From an uncultured Planctomycetota bacterium (GTDB lineage Bacteria > Planctomycetota > Phycisphaerae > Tepidisphaerales > Tepidisphaeraceae), in contig CAWJEN010000003.1 in the NCBI GenBank assembly GCA_963841915.1, positions 64,001 to 128,000 of the forward strand: a DNA stretch of 64,000 bases, in the 5' to 3' direction. Below, in pieces: positions 21,390 through 30,125 of the stretch (its first letter is position 1; every line of letters starts with the position of its first letter). A program made the position numbers and the translations under genes. The notes beneath the pieces are model-generated. The model made no database searches and was not told where the DNA came from. It was given only the letters and a program-made list of their open reading frames with translations.

Positions 21390-22748
21390 TTAGCCGACGT
21401 TGATCGGCGGCGACAGGCCCTCGATCAGCACGTTGTGGGTGCCGGTGGTGAAGAGCGAGCCGCGGAAGTTGCCATTGGTGTCGCGGAACGTCACGCTCGT
21501 GGCCGGGGTGTTGGCCCGCAGGAAGTTGGGTCGACGGCTGGAGGTAATGGGGTCGAAGTAGAGGTTCTGGAACGTCAGGCCGTACACGCCGCCGTCCTTG
21601 CCGGTGGCACTTGTGACAATCTCACCTGCCCGGGCAGCGTTGCCGGTGGCAAGGCCGTTGTTCTCGAACCAGGCGTCGCGGAAGGTGACCTGGCGACTAC
21701 CGGCCAGGCTGATCGTGCCCTCGCTGGTCTTGTTGGCCTCAAAGACGCAGCCGTCGAACGTGAGCTGGCGGGCGGTGCGGATTTCCAGGGCCCAGTCACC
21801 CGAAGCGGCAGTGAACGTGCATCGCTCGAAGCGGGTCGCCGTCGATTCGCCGTTCCAGACGACGTGCGTCTTGTTGTTCTGGAAGGTGACGTCGCGGAAG
21901 GTGTTTCCGACGCCGCTGGCTTCCATGGCAATATCGAGGTGACGGAAACGAACGTTCTCGAGCGTCGACCAGTGCATCCCCGAGCCGGTCGTGCCGAGGC
22001 CGACGAACCCGCCCTCGATGGAGAGGTCACGGAGCGTCAAGCCGACGTGGTCGGTGAACTGCTTGGCGACGCGGACGATGGCAGCGTTACCGAACTCGGC
22101 AGCCCAGGCGGCGCGGTCGCCGATGGTGAGCGCTGTCGAGTTGCCGTCACCGGTGATGGTAATAGCTGACGTGATGTCGAGCGGGCGATCCAGGTCGTAC
22201 ACGCCGGCCGAGAGGTGCAGGCCGACGCCCTGTGCCTGTGCCTGTGCGAGAGCCGCATGCACGTCCTGGCCGGGCTGAACGACGATGGCGTTCAGCGGTG
22301 CCTGCGTGTCAGGTTGCTGCGGGTTACCGACATCCGGCGTCGGCTGGTCAATGTCGTTGCTGTCCTTCTGGTTGACGATCACCGGCTCGACGGCATCAGG
22401 GCCCGTGGTGACCGGGACATTGAGCTCGCGCTGCTTGATCAGCTCGCGAAGTTGTTCGCTGAGGCCGCTGTCACCACTTGCGGCGGCGGTGGCACGGTTG
22501 AGAACCTGGTTGAGCGTCTCGGCCTGGAGCGTGAGAATCTCGCTCGACTCGAAGCCTTCCTTCTCCATCATCTCCACGAGGTCGAGCGAGCCGCTGGCAG
22601 ACATGAGGCGGCGAACGTCGAGGCCCTCGAGAAGTCGGTTGACACCAGCCCGGCCATTGGACCGGCGGCAGCGTGGGCACAGGCAAGCTTCATCCTTGGA
22701 GCTTTGACCGAGCTCTTGGGCGGCGGTGTTGTTTGACTTCTCAAGCAT
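21390..22748 (-). CDS. Secreted right-handed beta-helix (pectate-lyase-like) protein with LEPR-XLL-like motif
   Basis: EGLDVRRLMS; ALAQAQ..LSAGVY..PL.I...ITITGDG cap; repeated TFxxCxFExN beta-helix turns. Confidence 0.7.
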   Translation of the reverse strand: MLEKSNNTAAQELGQSSKDEACLCPRCRRSNGRAGVNRLLEGLDVRRLMSASGSLDLVEMMEKEGFESSEILTLQAETLNQVLNRATAAASGDSGLSEQLRELIKQRELNVPVTTGPDAVEPVIVNQKDSNDIDQPTPDVGNPQQPDTQAPLNAIVVQPGQDVHAALAQAQAQGVGLHLSAGVYDLDRPLDITSAITITGDGNSTALTIGDRAAWAAEFGNAAIVRVAKQFTDHVGLTLRDLSIEGGFVGLGTTGSGMHWSTLENVRFRHLDIAMEASGVGNTFRDVTFQNNKTHVVWNGESTATRFERCTFTAASGDWALEIRTARQLTFDGCVFEANKTSEGTISLAGSRQVTFRDAWFENNGLATGNAARAGEIVTSATGKDGGVYGLTFQNLYFDPITSSRRPNFLRANTPATSVTFRDTNGNFRGSLFTTGTHNVLIEGLSPPINVG

Positions 22749-22915
22749 GGTCTAAGTTCTCCATTGTGACACGGGAAGATGCAAAGCCTGAATCACGTAT
22801 TCCGGCTGGCGCGGCCGCTGCAGCCGCTCAGAGGCATACGCCACCCGCGGCCGATAAGCTCACGGTGCTAGACGTTTCCTGTTCAGGCGGCGGGGCGAGA
22901 CCCGACATGCACTCT

Positions 22916-23611
22916 ATGAAGCTTCGACTCTCGGCCACAGTTGCGTTGATTTTCGTGTTGCTCGCCGGTGGTTGCTCCAGCTCGCAGCCCGATCGCTCGC
23001 AGCCCAAGCCGATGCCCAAAGCAGCCATTACGGCCGAGGGCCACTACGCGGCTGGTCAATTTCACGAGTCGGCGATCGTCACCGATCAGAGTGGTCGGGC
23101 GACGGCTAAGCAGCTTCGCGAGGCCCGTCGCAGCGCGATCAAGCAGTACGAAGCCGCGCTGAAGCTCGACGAGACGCACGCCGGCAGCCTGTACCGCCTG
23201 GCTGTCCTGGCGACCGAGGACCAGGATCTTGACCGGGCGGCTGGGTTTTGGCGTCGGTATGTGAAGGCAACCGATGGCTCAGCCGTCGCGTGGCGCAACC
23301 TGGCCGTCGCCCACGACGTGCTCGGTGAGGCCGAGACGGCCGAGGAGGCGTACCGACACGCATTGGCCGCTGACGCCGACGACGACATCAGCCGCGTGAA
23401 CCTTGGGATGTTGCTCGCCCGGGCGGGGCGGCTGACCGAGGCACGCGAGCAACTGTCCAAGGTGCTGGCCCCGGCTGCCGTCCACTTTCACGTCGCTCAG
23501 GCGTTGCAGCGTCGCGGTCAACACGCCGCCGCGGCCACCGAACTTCGTGCGGCTGCCGCAATCGACAGCCGCTACGCAACAGCGTCGCTCAGCGTCATGC
23601 CGATCGACTAA
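22916..23611 (+). CDS. TPR-repeat lipoprotein
   Basis: Lipobox LAGGC; TPR patterns YEAALKLD, AWRNLAVA, RVNLGMLL. Confidence 0.8.
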   Translation: MKLRLSATVALIFVLLAGGCSSSQPDRSQPKPMPKAAITAEGHYAAGQFHESAIVTDQSGRATAKQLREARRSAIKQYEAALKLDETHAGSLYRLAVLATEDQDLDRAAGFWRRYVKATDGSAVAWRNLAVAHDVLGEAETAEEAYRHALAADADDDISRVNLGMLLARAGRLTEAREQLSKVLAPAAVHFHVAQALQRRGQHAAAATELRAAAAIDSRYATASLSVMPID

Positions 23612-23631
23612 TTCAAGTCGTGACACAATCA

Positions 23632-23664
23632 AAGAAGCCGAGACACGACGCGTCGCGGCTTCTT
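23632..23664. terminator. Probable bidirectional terminator between convergent genes
   Basis: AAGAAGCCG...CGGCTTCTT inverted repeat. Confidence 0.6.
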
Positions 23665-23681
23665 CTGCATCTCTAACGGTG

Positions 23682-24455
23682 TCACTCGCGATCGAAGAGT
23701 GACACGCCGATCGGGCCAAAGAAGCCGACGGCCGCCGCTTCGTTCTGTGACTTCGTCACGGTGTAGACGTTGCCGCGGGTGAAGCTCATGACCTGCGGCG
23801 AAACGTGACCATCGAGCCACGCGACATTGGCGCGGCCGTCGTGGCGAAAGTGCGTCGAAGGATCGACACCGGCCGCCGGTGGCTCGACGAAGCCGTACTC
23901 GATGAGACGACCCGGCCGCAGAAATGCGGTGTCGGCGAGCAGCACCGTCTCGCTTGACGAGCGAAACTGCGAGAGCCTGGCCCCCAGCATCGATGTCAGC
24001 TTCGACGGCACGTCTCGGCCGACGTAGGTGGCGTTGTAGCCGTATCCGCCGGTGCCGCTCTCGAAGGCTGCCGCTTGTCCCGACTCGTATTCCACCGCCT
24101 CGTGATCGAAGGACGGGCAGCGGTTGACCTCGCCCGTCTCCAGATAGTCGAAGATCGGGCCGCGTTCGCTGACGAAGGCGGCATCGTCGTCCTCCCGCTC
24201 GCCGTGCCAACGACGCAGGTTCGAATCATTCGGCAGCGATGCGTCCCAAAACCGGGCGGCTCCGGGTGGCATCCGACCTTTGTGGTCGCCGGCGTAGTGG
24301 AACATGACCGTCGCGAGCTGACGCAGATTCGAGCTGCACGTGACCGCCTCCGCCGAGCGTCGAGCGGCCCCGAGCGTCGGCAGCATCACGCTGACCAGCA
24401 GCGCGATGATGCCGATCACGACGAGCAATTCCACAAGCGTAAAACCGCGCCTCAT
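23682..24455 (-). CDS. DUF1559-type prepilin N-terminal cleavage/methylation protein with H-X9-DG motif
   Basis: RRG|FTLVELLVVIGIIALL, AR..A....C.SNLRQL, HDGRANVAWLDGH. Confidence 0.92.
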   Translation of the reverse strand: MRRGFTLVELLVVIGIIALLVSVMLPTLGAARRSAEAVTCSSNLRQLATVMFHYAGDHKGRMPPGAARFWDASLPNDSNLRRWHGEREDDDAAFVSERGPIFDYLETGEVNRCPSFDHEAVEYESGQAAAFESGTGGYGYNATYVGRDVPSKLTSMLGARLSQFRSSSETVLLADTAFLRPGRLIEYGFVEPPAAGVDPSTHFRHDGRANVAWLDGHVSPQVMSFTRGNVYTVTKSQNEAAAVGFFGPIGVSLFDRE

Positions 24456-25249
24456 CGCCGCCTCCGCGCGAGCAGGCCACCGAGCACGAGCAGGCCGAGC
24501 GTTGACGGCTCGGGGACGACGTTAATGACGCCAACACCTGCGCCGACGCCGAGCTGGAAGTCGAAGCCGCCGGTCCCTTCGGTGAGCCAGGCGTCGAGGA
24601 TCGGGTTTCCGAGCGAGTCGAGGAAGCTGCCGTTGCCTGGGATGTCGACGAGGCGGACGAAGTTGATGCTGGCGAGATCGACATCGCCGCTGGCGACGAG
24701 CGGGTCGGCGGCAAGGTCAGCGAGATCGAACGGTGTCCCGAAGCCCGCCGCGTGCTTGCCGGCAAGGCCCTTGATGTTGGTCGCGTCGAACCCGCCGAAG
24801 CTCTGGCCGAAATCGCCTGCGAAGGTGGTGTTCGTCGAGACGCTCGGGAAGCGGGCAAAGTTGCTGCCGTCGGTACTGACTTCGACGTAAGCGAGCTCTG
24901 CCAGGAGGAACGGGTCGCTGGGGAAGACAAAGCCGTTTTCGAAGACGGCAAAGTCATCGCCAACGCCGTTGGTGATCGCTGCTGGGAAAGCAACGGTCAA
25001 CTCGCCAGGCTGGATGCCGTTGGCGATGTCGGCGGCGTCGAGGTCACCGAGGCTGTTGAAGCCGCCGTCTTCGTTGATGGCCGTGCTGCCGCGTGGGGCG
25101 AAGCTTGTGAGGCTGTCGACGATGTCGTCGGCCCAGGCGACGAAGCGGTCGCTGTCGACAGGAACGCCATCGGTCGGTCCGGAGTAGGGGCCGGCCACCG
25201 CTGCTGCAGGAACGGCCATCACGGCCGCGAGAATCAATTTGTAAGTCAA
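24452..25249 (-). CDS. PEP-CTERM surface protein downstream of a cobalamin riboswitch
   Basis: Signal peptide; C-terminal VPEPSTLGLLVLGGLLARRRR; TTG start; ATGA overlap with the next gene. Confidence 0.88.
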   Translation of the reverse strand: MTYKLILAAVMAVPAAAVAGPYSGPTDGVPVDSDRFVAWADDIVDSLTSFAPRGSTAINEDGGFNSLGDLDAADIANGIQPGELTVAFPAAITNGVGDDFAVFENGFVFPSDPFLLAELAYVEVSTDGSNFARFPSVSTNTTFAGDFGQSFGGFDATNIKGLAGKHAAGFGTPFDLADLAADPLVASGDVDLASINFVRLVDIPGNGSFLDSLGNPILDAWLTEGTGGFDFQLGVGAGVGVINVVPEPSTLGLLVLGGLLARRRR

Positions 25250-25461
25250 GAAAAGTCGCTCTCTGTCCCGAACGGGGCGGGACGCATCTTCGAGTCAGAT
25301 GGGTCACCGGCGACACAACTCGGGCAGAAGACGGACGACCGGCCGCCAATGGCGGGGCGGAAGCACATCGTCCGCCGGTCGTCCTGTTGCGCGAGGACCC
25401 GACAGGTGCCAACCGTCACGCGTTACCACGTGCGGCATCCGCCCGAACACGTCGGGTGGCA

Positions 25462-25656
25462 ACAGGCAGGTCTTCCGGCTACGGGTTCAACAGCGTCGGC
25501 CTGCCTTCCCGCTGACGCATCAGCAGTGGCTTGGTTGGCCGACGCCTGGCCCGTTACGGCGGCGCGTCCGCGGAGGAATCGGCATCATCGTCAGAGACGG
25601 CTCAACCTCACCTCACTTCCCTCTTCGCCGACGACAATGCGTCGCCGGCACCTGTG
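25462..25656 (-). promoter_or_regulatory. Cobalamin (B12) riboswitch
   Basis: Minus strand reads AGGTGC...AAGAGGGAA...GCCGCCGTAA...GCCACTG...GGGAAGGC...AGCCGGAAGACCTGCC, i.e. core elements and B12 box in canonical order. Confidence 0.93.
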
Positions 25657-25664
25657 ACGAAGGC

Positions 25665-25692
25665 AACGTAGCCTCCCGAGCGGGTGCGTCAA
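25665..25692 (-). promoter_or_regulatory. Sigma70-type promoter of the riboswitch operon
   Basis: TTGACG-N16-TACGTT, predicted start ~25658 at the aptamer 5' end. Confidence 0.65.
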
Positions 25693-25853
25693 CCGCGATG
25701 ATCGGGCGCGCCAGCAGCTTTCGCCCGCAGTTGTAGATACGTGCAAGTATTGGCAGTATATTGCACTTTTTCGACGAATTGGAGAAGCTGTGGCCTTAAC
25801 CGGACGTTGCTGTCGCATGAGCAAGCGTCCAGTCACGCCATCCCGTAGAACCC

Positions 25854-28800
25854 ATGAACCGCCACCACCTGATCGAATCGCTCGAAACCCGTCGCCTGCT
25901 TGCCGCCCTGTCCTGGGACGGCGGCGGTGACGGCACCACCTTTGAAGATCCGCTCAACTGGAGCACGAACGTTGTACCTGGTGCGGCGGACGACGTCACG
26001 GTGGATGTCGCGGCAAATCCGACAATCGTGATTTCCGAGAGCCGCGTGCTGCGTTCGCTCAACAACTCCGAAGTCTTCGAAGTGACCGCGGCGGCGGCTT
26101 CGCGAACGCTCACCATCACGCAAGGCGGTCACAACAGTGGCACCATGGTCCTGACCGGGACTGGTCTGGGTGTCTCGTCTCTAGCCCTTGGCAGTACCTT
26201 TACCAATAGCGGAACAATTCGCTTCGACACCGCCGCCGGCTCGGCAGAGCGGCGGATCACGCTCAATCAGACCAACCCGGTCGCCTTCGTCAACGACGGC
26301 ATCATCAACGTGACGGCGGGAACCGACGCGGTGCTGCTTGGCAACGGAGCGGCCATCGCGACCTTCACGCAGAACGGCAACATCAACGTCGACGCCACAG
26401 GTCAGCTGATCGTCCAGAGCGTCAGCTTCGACTATGTCGGCGGGACCAACTCTGACGGCTTGTTTGTCGCGAGCAGTGTGCTCGACTTGGTCGATGCCGA
26501 CGCAGCCTCGACTTTGTCGGCAGTCGCCAGCAACACGTTGGCCGGCTTCGATTCGCCAGACCTGACGCTCGCAATACGTGGCGATGCAGGCGGTTTCAGC
26601 TCAGCGTCGCTCACCAATAGCGGCGTTGCGATGACGATGAACGGTGACATTGACATCGAGACGGCAGGCACCGCCTCGGCGACACTGACGCTCACCGGCA
26701 ACGTGACGAACCAGGGCACCATTGGCCTGACCGGCACCGGATCAGGCACCGCCACCTTCAACATCGGCGGAACCTTCACCAACGTCGGCACCGTCCGCGT
26801 CGACCAAGGCAGCGGCACGGGCGGTCGAAACGTTCGACTCAACCAGACGAATCCGGTCGCTTTCGTCCATAGCGGAACCCTCGACGTCACTGCCGGGACA
26901 GAGACCGCAATCCAAGGCAGTGGCGCGACGATCTCGACCTTCACGCAGAACGGAACGATTTCCGTCGGCGCAGGCGGTGAGCTCATCGTGCAAAGCGTCA
27001 GCCTGAACTACGTCGGCGGCACGCACACCAGCGGATTCTTCGTCACCAGCAGCCTCCTCGACCTCGACGACAGCGACGCCGCCTTGACGCTTACGGGCGT
27101 CGGGAGCAACACGTTGGCCGGTCACGACGCAGCGAACCTGACGCTGTCCGTGGCCGGCAACGGCGTCGGTGGGTTCTTCACGGCGTCGCTGACCAATGGC
27201 GGCGTCGCGATGAGCATCAACGGCGACATCGACCTCGTCACCAACGGCACCGCGTCGGTAAACCTGACGCTGACCGGACTCGTGACCAACAACGCGCAGA
27301 TCACCCTGACCGGAGACGATACCGGCGGTGTGAACTTCAGTATCGGTGGAACGTTTACCAACGACGGCACCATCCGCATCGACCAGGGCAGTGGCACCGG
27401 CACGCGGCTGCTCCGGCTCAACCAGACAAACCCGGTCGCCTTCGTCAACAACGGAACCCTCGCGACGACGGCCGGCACGGCAATCGAAGTGACAGGCATC
27501 GGCCCGGCCATCACAACCTTCACACAGAATGGCCTGATCAGCGTCGGTGCCGGTGGGCAGCTCATCATTGGAAGCGTCCGCTTGAACTACGTCGGCGGAG
27601 CCCACACGAGCGGGCTGTTTGTGACGAGCAGTGTCCTGGACCTGAACGACTCGGACACGGCAGTCACACTCGTTGCCGTCGGCTCAAACACGCTCGCAGG
27701 GCACGACGCGGCCAACCTGACGCTGACATCAACAGGCAACGCGATCAGCGGTTTCTCGACCGCGACCCTGAGCAACAATGGCGTTGATATGACCTTCAAC
27801 GGCGACATCGTCATCGCTGCCGACGGCACCGGGACGTCTAACTTCACGTTGACCGGCCTCGTGACGAACAACGGGGTCATCACCCTCACAGGCAGCGGAA
27901 CCGGCGGGACGAACTTCAACGTCGGCAACACCTTCACCAACAACGGCTCACTCACAATTGACCAAAGCACCGGCAGCGGTGCCAAGATCGTCCGTCTGAA
28001 TCAGACCAATCCGGTCGCTTTAGTCAACAACGGCACGATCGACGTCGCAGCCGGGACGAGTGCCGACATCCTCGGTAATGGAGCAACTATCACGACGTTG
28101 ACGCAGAACGGCCAGATTAATGTCGCACCAGGCAGCGACCTGACGCTGTCGAGCACGCAGCTCGACTACATCGGCGGGAGCAACACGAGCGGCCTGCTGG
28201 TCACGGCGGGCAACCTGAACCTGCTCAACGCCGCATCGTCGTCGGAGGTGGTCGGCATCGGGACCAACCTATTGCTTGCCCACGCCGCGGCGAATCTAAC
28301 CTTGGCCGCAGAGGGTGGCGTGGCGGGCAACACGACAGCGACGATCCGCACGTCGAGTGACCTCGTCAGCAACGGGCCGATCATCCTTCGAGGAAACGGC
28401 ACCTCCGCGGCGAATCTGCTCGTCGGTGGGACGTTCACCAACAACAGCACGGTCACGCTCGAACGCGGCACCGGCTCGGGCGGGAGGACCATCTCGATGA
28501 ACCAGACGACGCCTGCAGCGTTTGTCAACGTCGGCACCGTGGCTGTGGCGGCGGACGTCAACGCGAGCATCACCGGAACGACCGGGCCATTCATCAATAC
28601 TTCGCTTGTGAGCGTCGCCGACGGGGCGAGGCTGGCGTTGTCGGGTCAAAGCAACCTCTACGACGCGGCCGGAACGTTCTTGTCCGGCGGGCGATACGTC
28701 ATTGCCGACGGTGGAGAGCTGGACCTGCCGAATGCCACGGTACTGACGGCCGAGATCGAGGCGTTCGGCTCTGCCGAGATCGATCTGCTTCGCCTCGAGT

Positions 28801-29783
28801 TCAACCGTGGTGCGATTCGTCTGCTCGACGGTGCGGACGTGACGATCAACCCGTTCGGCAACAACACGTTTCAGAACCAGGGCATCATCGACCTGTCACC
28901 GACCAGCGTGCTCGACGTCATCGGCGACATGACGTTCGGCGGCGTGAGCCAGCCGGTGATCCGCAGCGAGATTGCAAGCCTCACCGACTTCGGCCGCGTC
29001 AACGTCAGTGGCAGTTTCGACCTCAACTCGCCCGACTCGACGAGCCGGTTCGACCCGGACCTCGTCGGCGGATTCGACCCCGAGGTCGGCGACAGCTTTG
29101 CCGTCATAACGGCAACGGGTGGCGTGGCCAACGGATTCGACTCGTTCCAGGGCGGCGAAGACCCTAGTGGCGATGTGCTGGCGGTTTCGCGTCCGAACAG
29201 CAGCACCGTGGCCGTGGCCGTCGTTCCCGGCCCGCTGCCGCCGGCTCCGCAGATTCTGGACCAGGCATTCGAGTTCCAGACGCGGCTGGCCGTGACGTTC
29301 ACGTTCGACCAGGACGTGTCGGCCTTCCTGTCGCGTAGCGACTACACCATCACGAACGTCGACACGGGCGAGGTGTTGCCACAGTCGGCCGGCGTGTTGA
29401 GCTTCAACTCAACGAGCAATCAGGCCGTGCTTGACCTGACCGGCAGCGTGCCCAACGGCAACTACCAGCTCGTTGTACAGGCCAGCGACATTGCCAACGG
29501 TGCGGGTGTGCCGGCCAGCGGGTCGCCGATCACGCTGGACTTCTTCGTTCTCGCCGGCGACGCCAACCGCGACCGCCAGGTGAGCATCCTCGACTTTGCC
29601 ATCCTGCGTGGCAATTTCGGCACGGGCAGCGGGGCGACCTTCACGCAAGGCGACTTCAACTACGACGGAAGCGTCTCCATCCTCGACTTTGCAGTGCTCA
29701 GGGCCAACTTCGGGCAGAACCTGCCGGTCCCGATGGCCTCCTTGTTCGCAACCGAGAACGAGGAACGTCTGACGCTGCGGTAG
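25854..29783 (+). CDS. Large secreted repeat protein (LEPR-XLL motif, ~193-aa beta-rich repeats, Ig-like region, dockerin-like C-terminus)
   Basis: ESLETRRLLA; recurring (L/M)NQTxP.A.V; C-terminal GDANRDRQVSILDF..NFG / GDFNYDGSVSILDF..NFG. Confidence 0.85.
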   Translation: MNRHHLIESLETRRLLAALSWDGGGDGTTFEDPLNWSTNVVPGAADDVTVDVAANPTIVISESRVLRSLNNSEVFEVTAAAASRTLTITQGGHNSGTMVLTGTGLGVSSLALGSTFTNSGTIRFDTAAGSAERRITLNQTNPVAFVNDGIINVTAGTDAVLLGNGAAIATFTQNGNINVDATGQLIVQSVSFDYVGGTNSDGLFVASSVLDLVDADAASTLSAVASNTLAGFDSPDLTLAIRGDAGGFSSASLTNSGVAMTMNGDIDIETAGTASATLTLTGNVTNQGTIGLTGTGSGTATFNIGGTFTNVGTVRVDQGSGTGGRNVRLNQTNPVAFVHSGTLDVTAGTETAIQGSGATISTFTQNGTISVGAGGELIVQSVSLNYVGGTHTSGFFVTSSLLDLDDSDAALTLTGVGSNTLAGHDAANLTLSVAGNGVGGFFTASLTNGGVAMSINGDIDLVTNGTASVNLTLTGLVTNNAQITLTGDDTGGVNFSIGGTFTNDGTIRIDQGSGTGTRLLRLNQTNPVAFVNNGTLATTAGTAIEVTGIGPAITTFTQNGLISVGAGGQLIIGSVRLNYVGGAHTSGLFVTSSVLDLNDSDTAVTLVAVGSNTLAGHDAANLTLTSTGNAISGFSTATLSNNGVDMTFNGDIVIAADGTGTSNFTLTGLVTNNGVITLTGSGTGGTNFNVGNTFTNNGSLTIDQSTGSGAKIVRLNQTNPVALVNNGTIDVAAGTSADILGNGATITTLTQNGQINVAPGSDLTLSSTQLDYIGGSNTSGLLVTAGNLNLLNAASSSEVVGIGTNLLLAHAAANLTLAAEGGVAGNTTATIRTSSDLVSNGPIILRGNGTSAANLLVGGTFTNNSTVTLERGTGSGGRTISMNQTTPAAFVNVGTVAVAADVNASITGTTGPFINTSLVSVADGARLALSGQSNLYDAAGTFLSGGRYVIADGGELDLPNATVLTAEIEAFGSAEIDLLRLEFNRGAIRLLDGADVTINPFGNNTFQNQGIIDLSPTSVLDVIGDMTFGGVSQPVIRSEIASLTDFGRVNVSGSFDLNSPDSTSRFDPDLVGGFDPEVGDSFAVITATGGVANGFDSFQGGEDPSGDVLAVSRPNSSTVAVAVVPGPLPPAPQILDQAFEFQTRLAVTFTFDQDVSAFLSRSDYTITNVDTGEVLPQSAGVLSFNSTSNQAVLDLTGSVPNGNYQLVVQASDIANGAGVPASGSPITLDFFVLAGDANRDRQVSILDFAILRGNFGTGSGATFTQGDFNYDGSVSILDFAVLRANFGQNLPVPMASLFATENEERLTLR
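26262..28520 (+). repeat. Intragenic degenerate tandem repeats
   Basis: NQT motif codons at 26262, 26838, 27417, 27996 and 28497 (periods 576, 579, 579, 501 nt). Confidence 0.85.
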
Positions 29784-29814
29784 GCAGACGGCACGTGTAG
29801 ACCGTTACAAACCA

Positions 29815-29844
29815 AACGCCCGCCGGCAGATGCCGGCAGGCGTT
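29815..29844. terminator. Hairpin terminator between the convergent repeat gene and tRNA
   Basis: AACGCC-C-GCCGGCA-GA-TGCCGGC-A-GGCGTT. Confidence 0.65.
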
Positions 29845-29857
29845 GTTCGTATCGCAG

Positions 29858-29931
<74 letters not shown>

Positions 29932-29942
29932 ATCGTGAGGGC

Positions 29943-29970
29943 AGCGTAGGCATCGCAACGACGCAGTCAA
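29943..29970 (-). promoter_or_regulatory. Sigma70-type promoter of tRNA-fMet
   Basis: TTGACT-N16-TACGCT. Confidence 0.65.
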
Positions 29971-30125
29971 CCGGCCGTCTTGCCGCGGCAGATGCTCTTC
30001 GTGCGGTTGAACCTGGCGGTCTGGATGCCGTACATTCCCCGATGACAGGCCACGGCGGCAACTCGACCGGCAAAGGACGCCGGGCGGTCGTCGAGGCACA
30101 GCAGGTGGTGGCAAAGGAGTGCCCT

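Noticed and set aside
25750..25766. TGGCA...TTGCA sigma54-like site
   Set aside because: GG-to-GC spacing is 9 nt, not the required 10
26262..28520. CRISPR array or DGR template/variable repeat
   Set aside because: Repeats are ~580-nt degenerate coding units; no short repeat-spacer pattern, cas gene or reverse transcriptase
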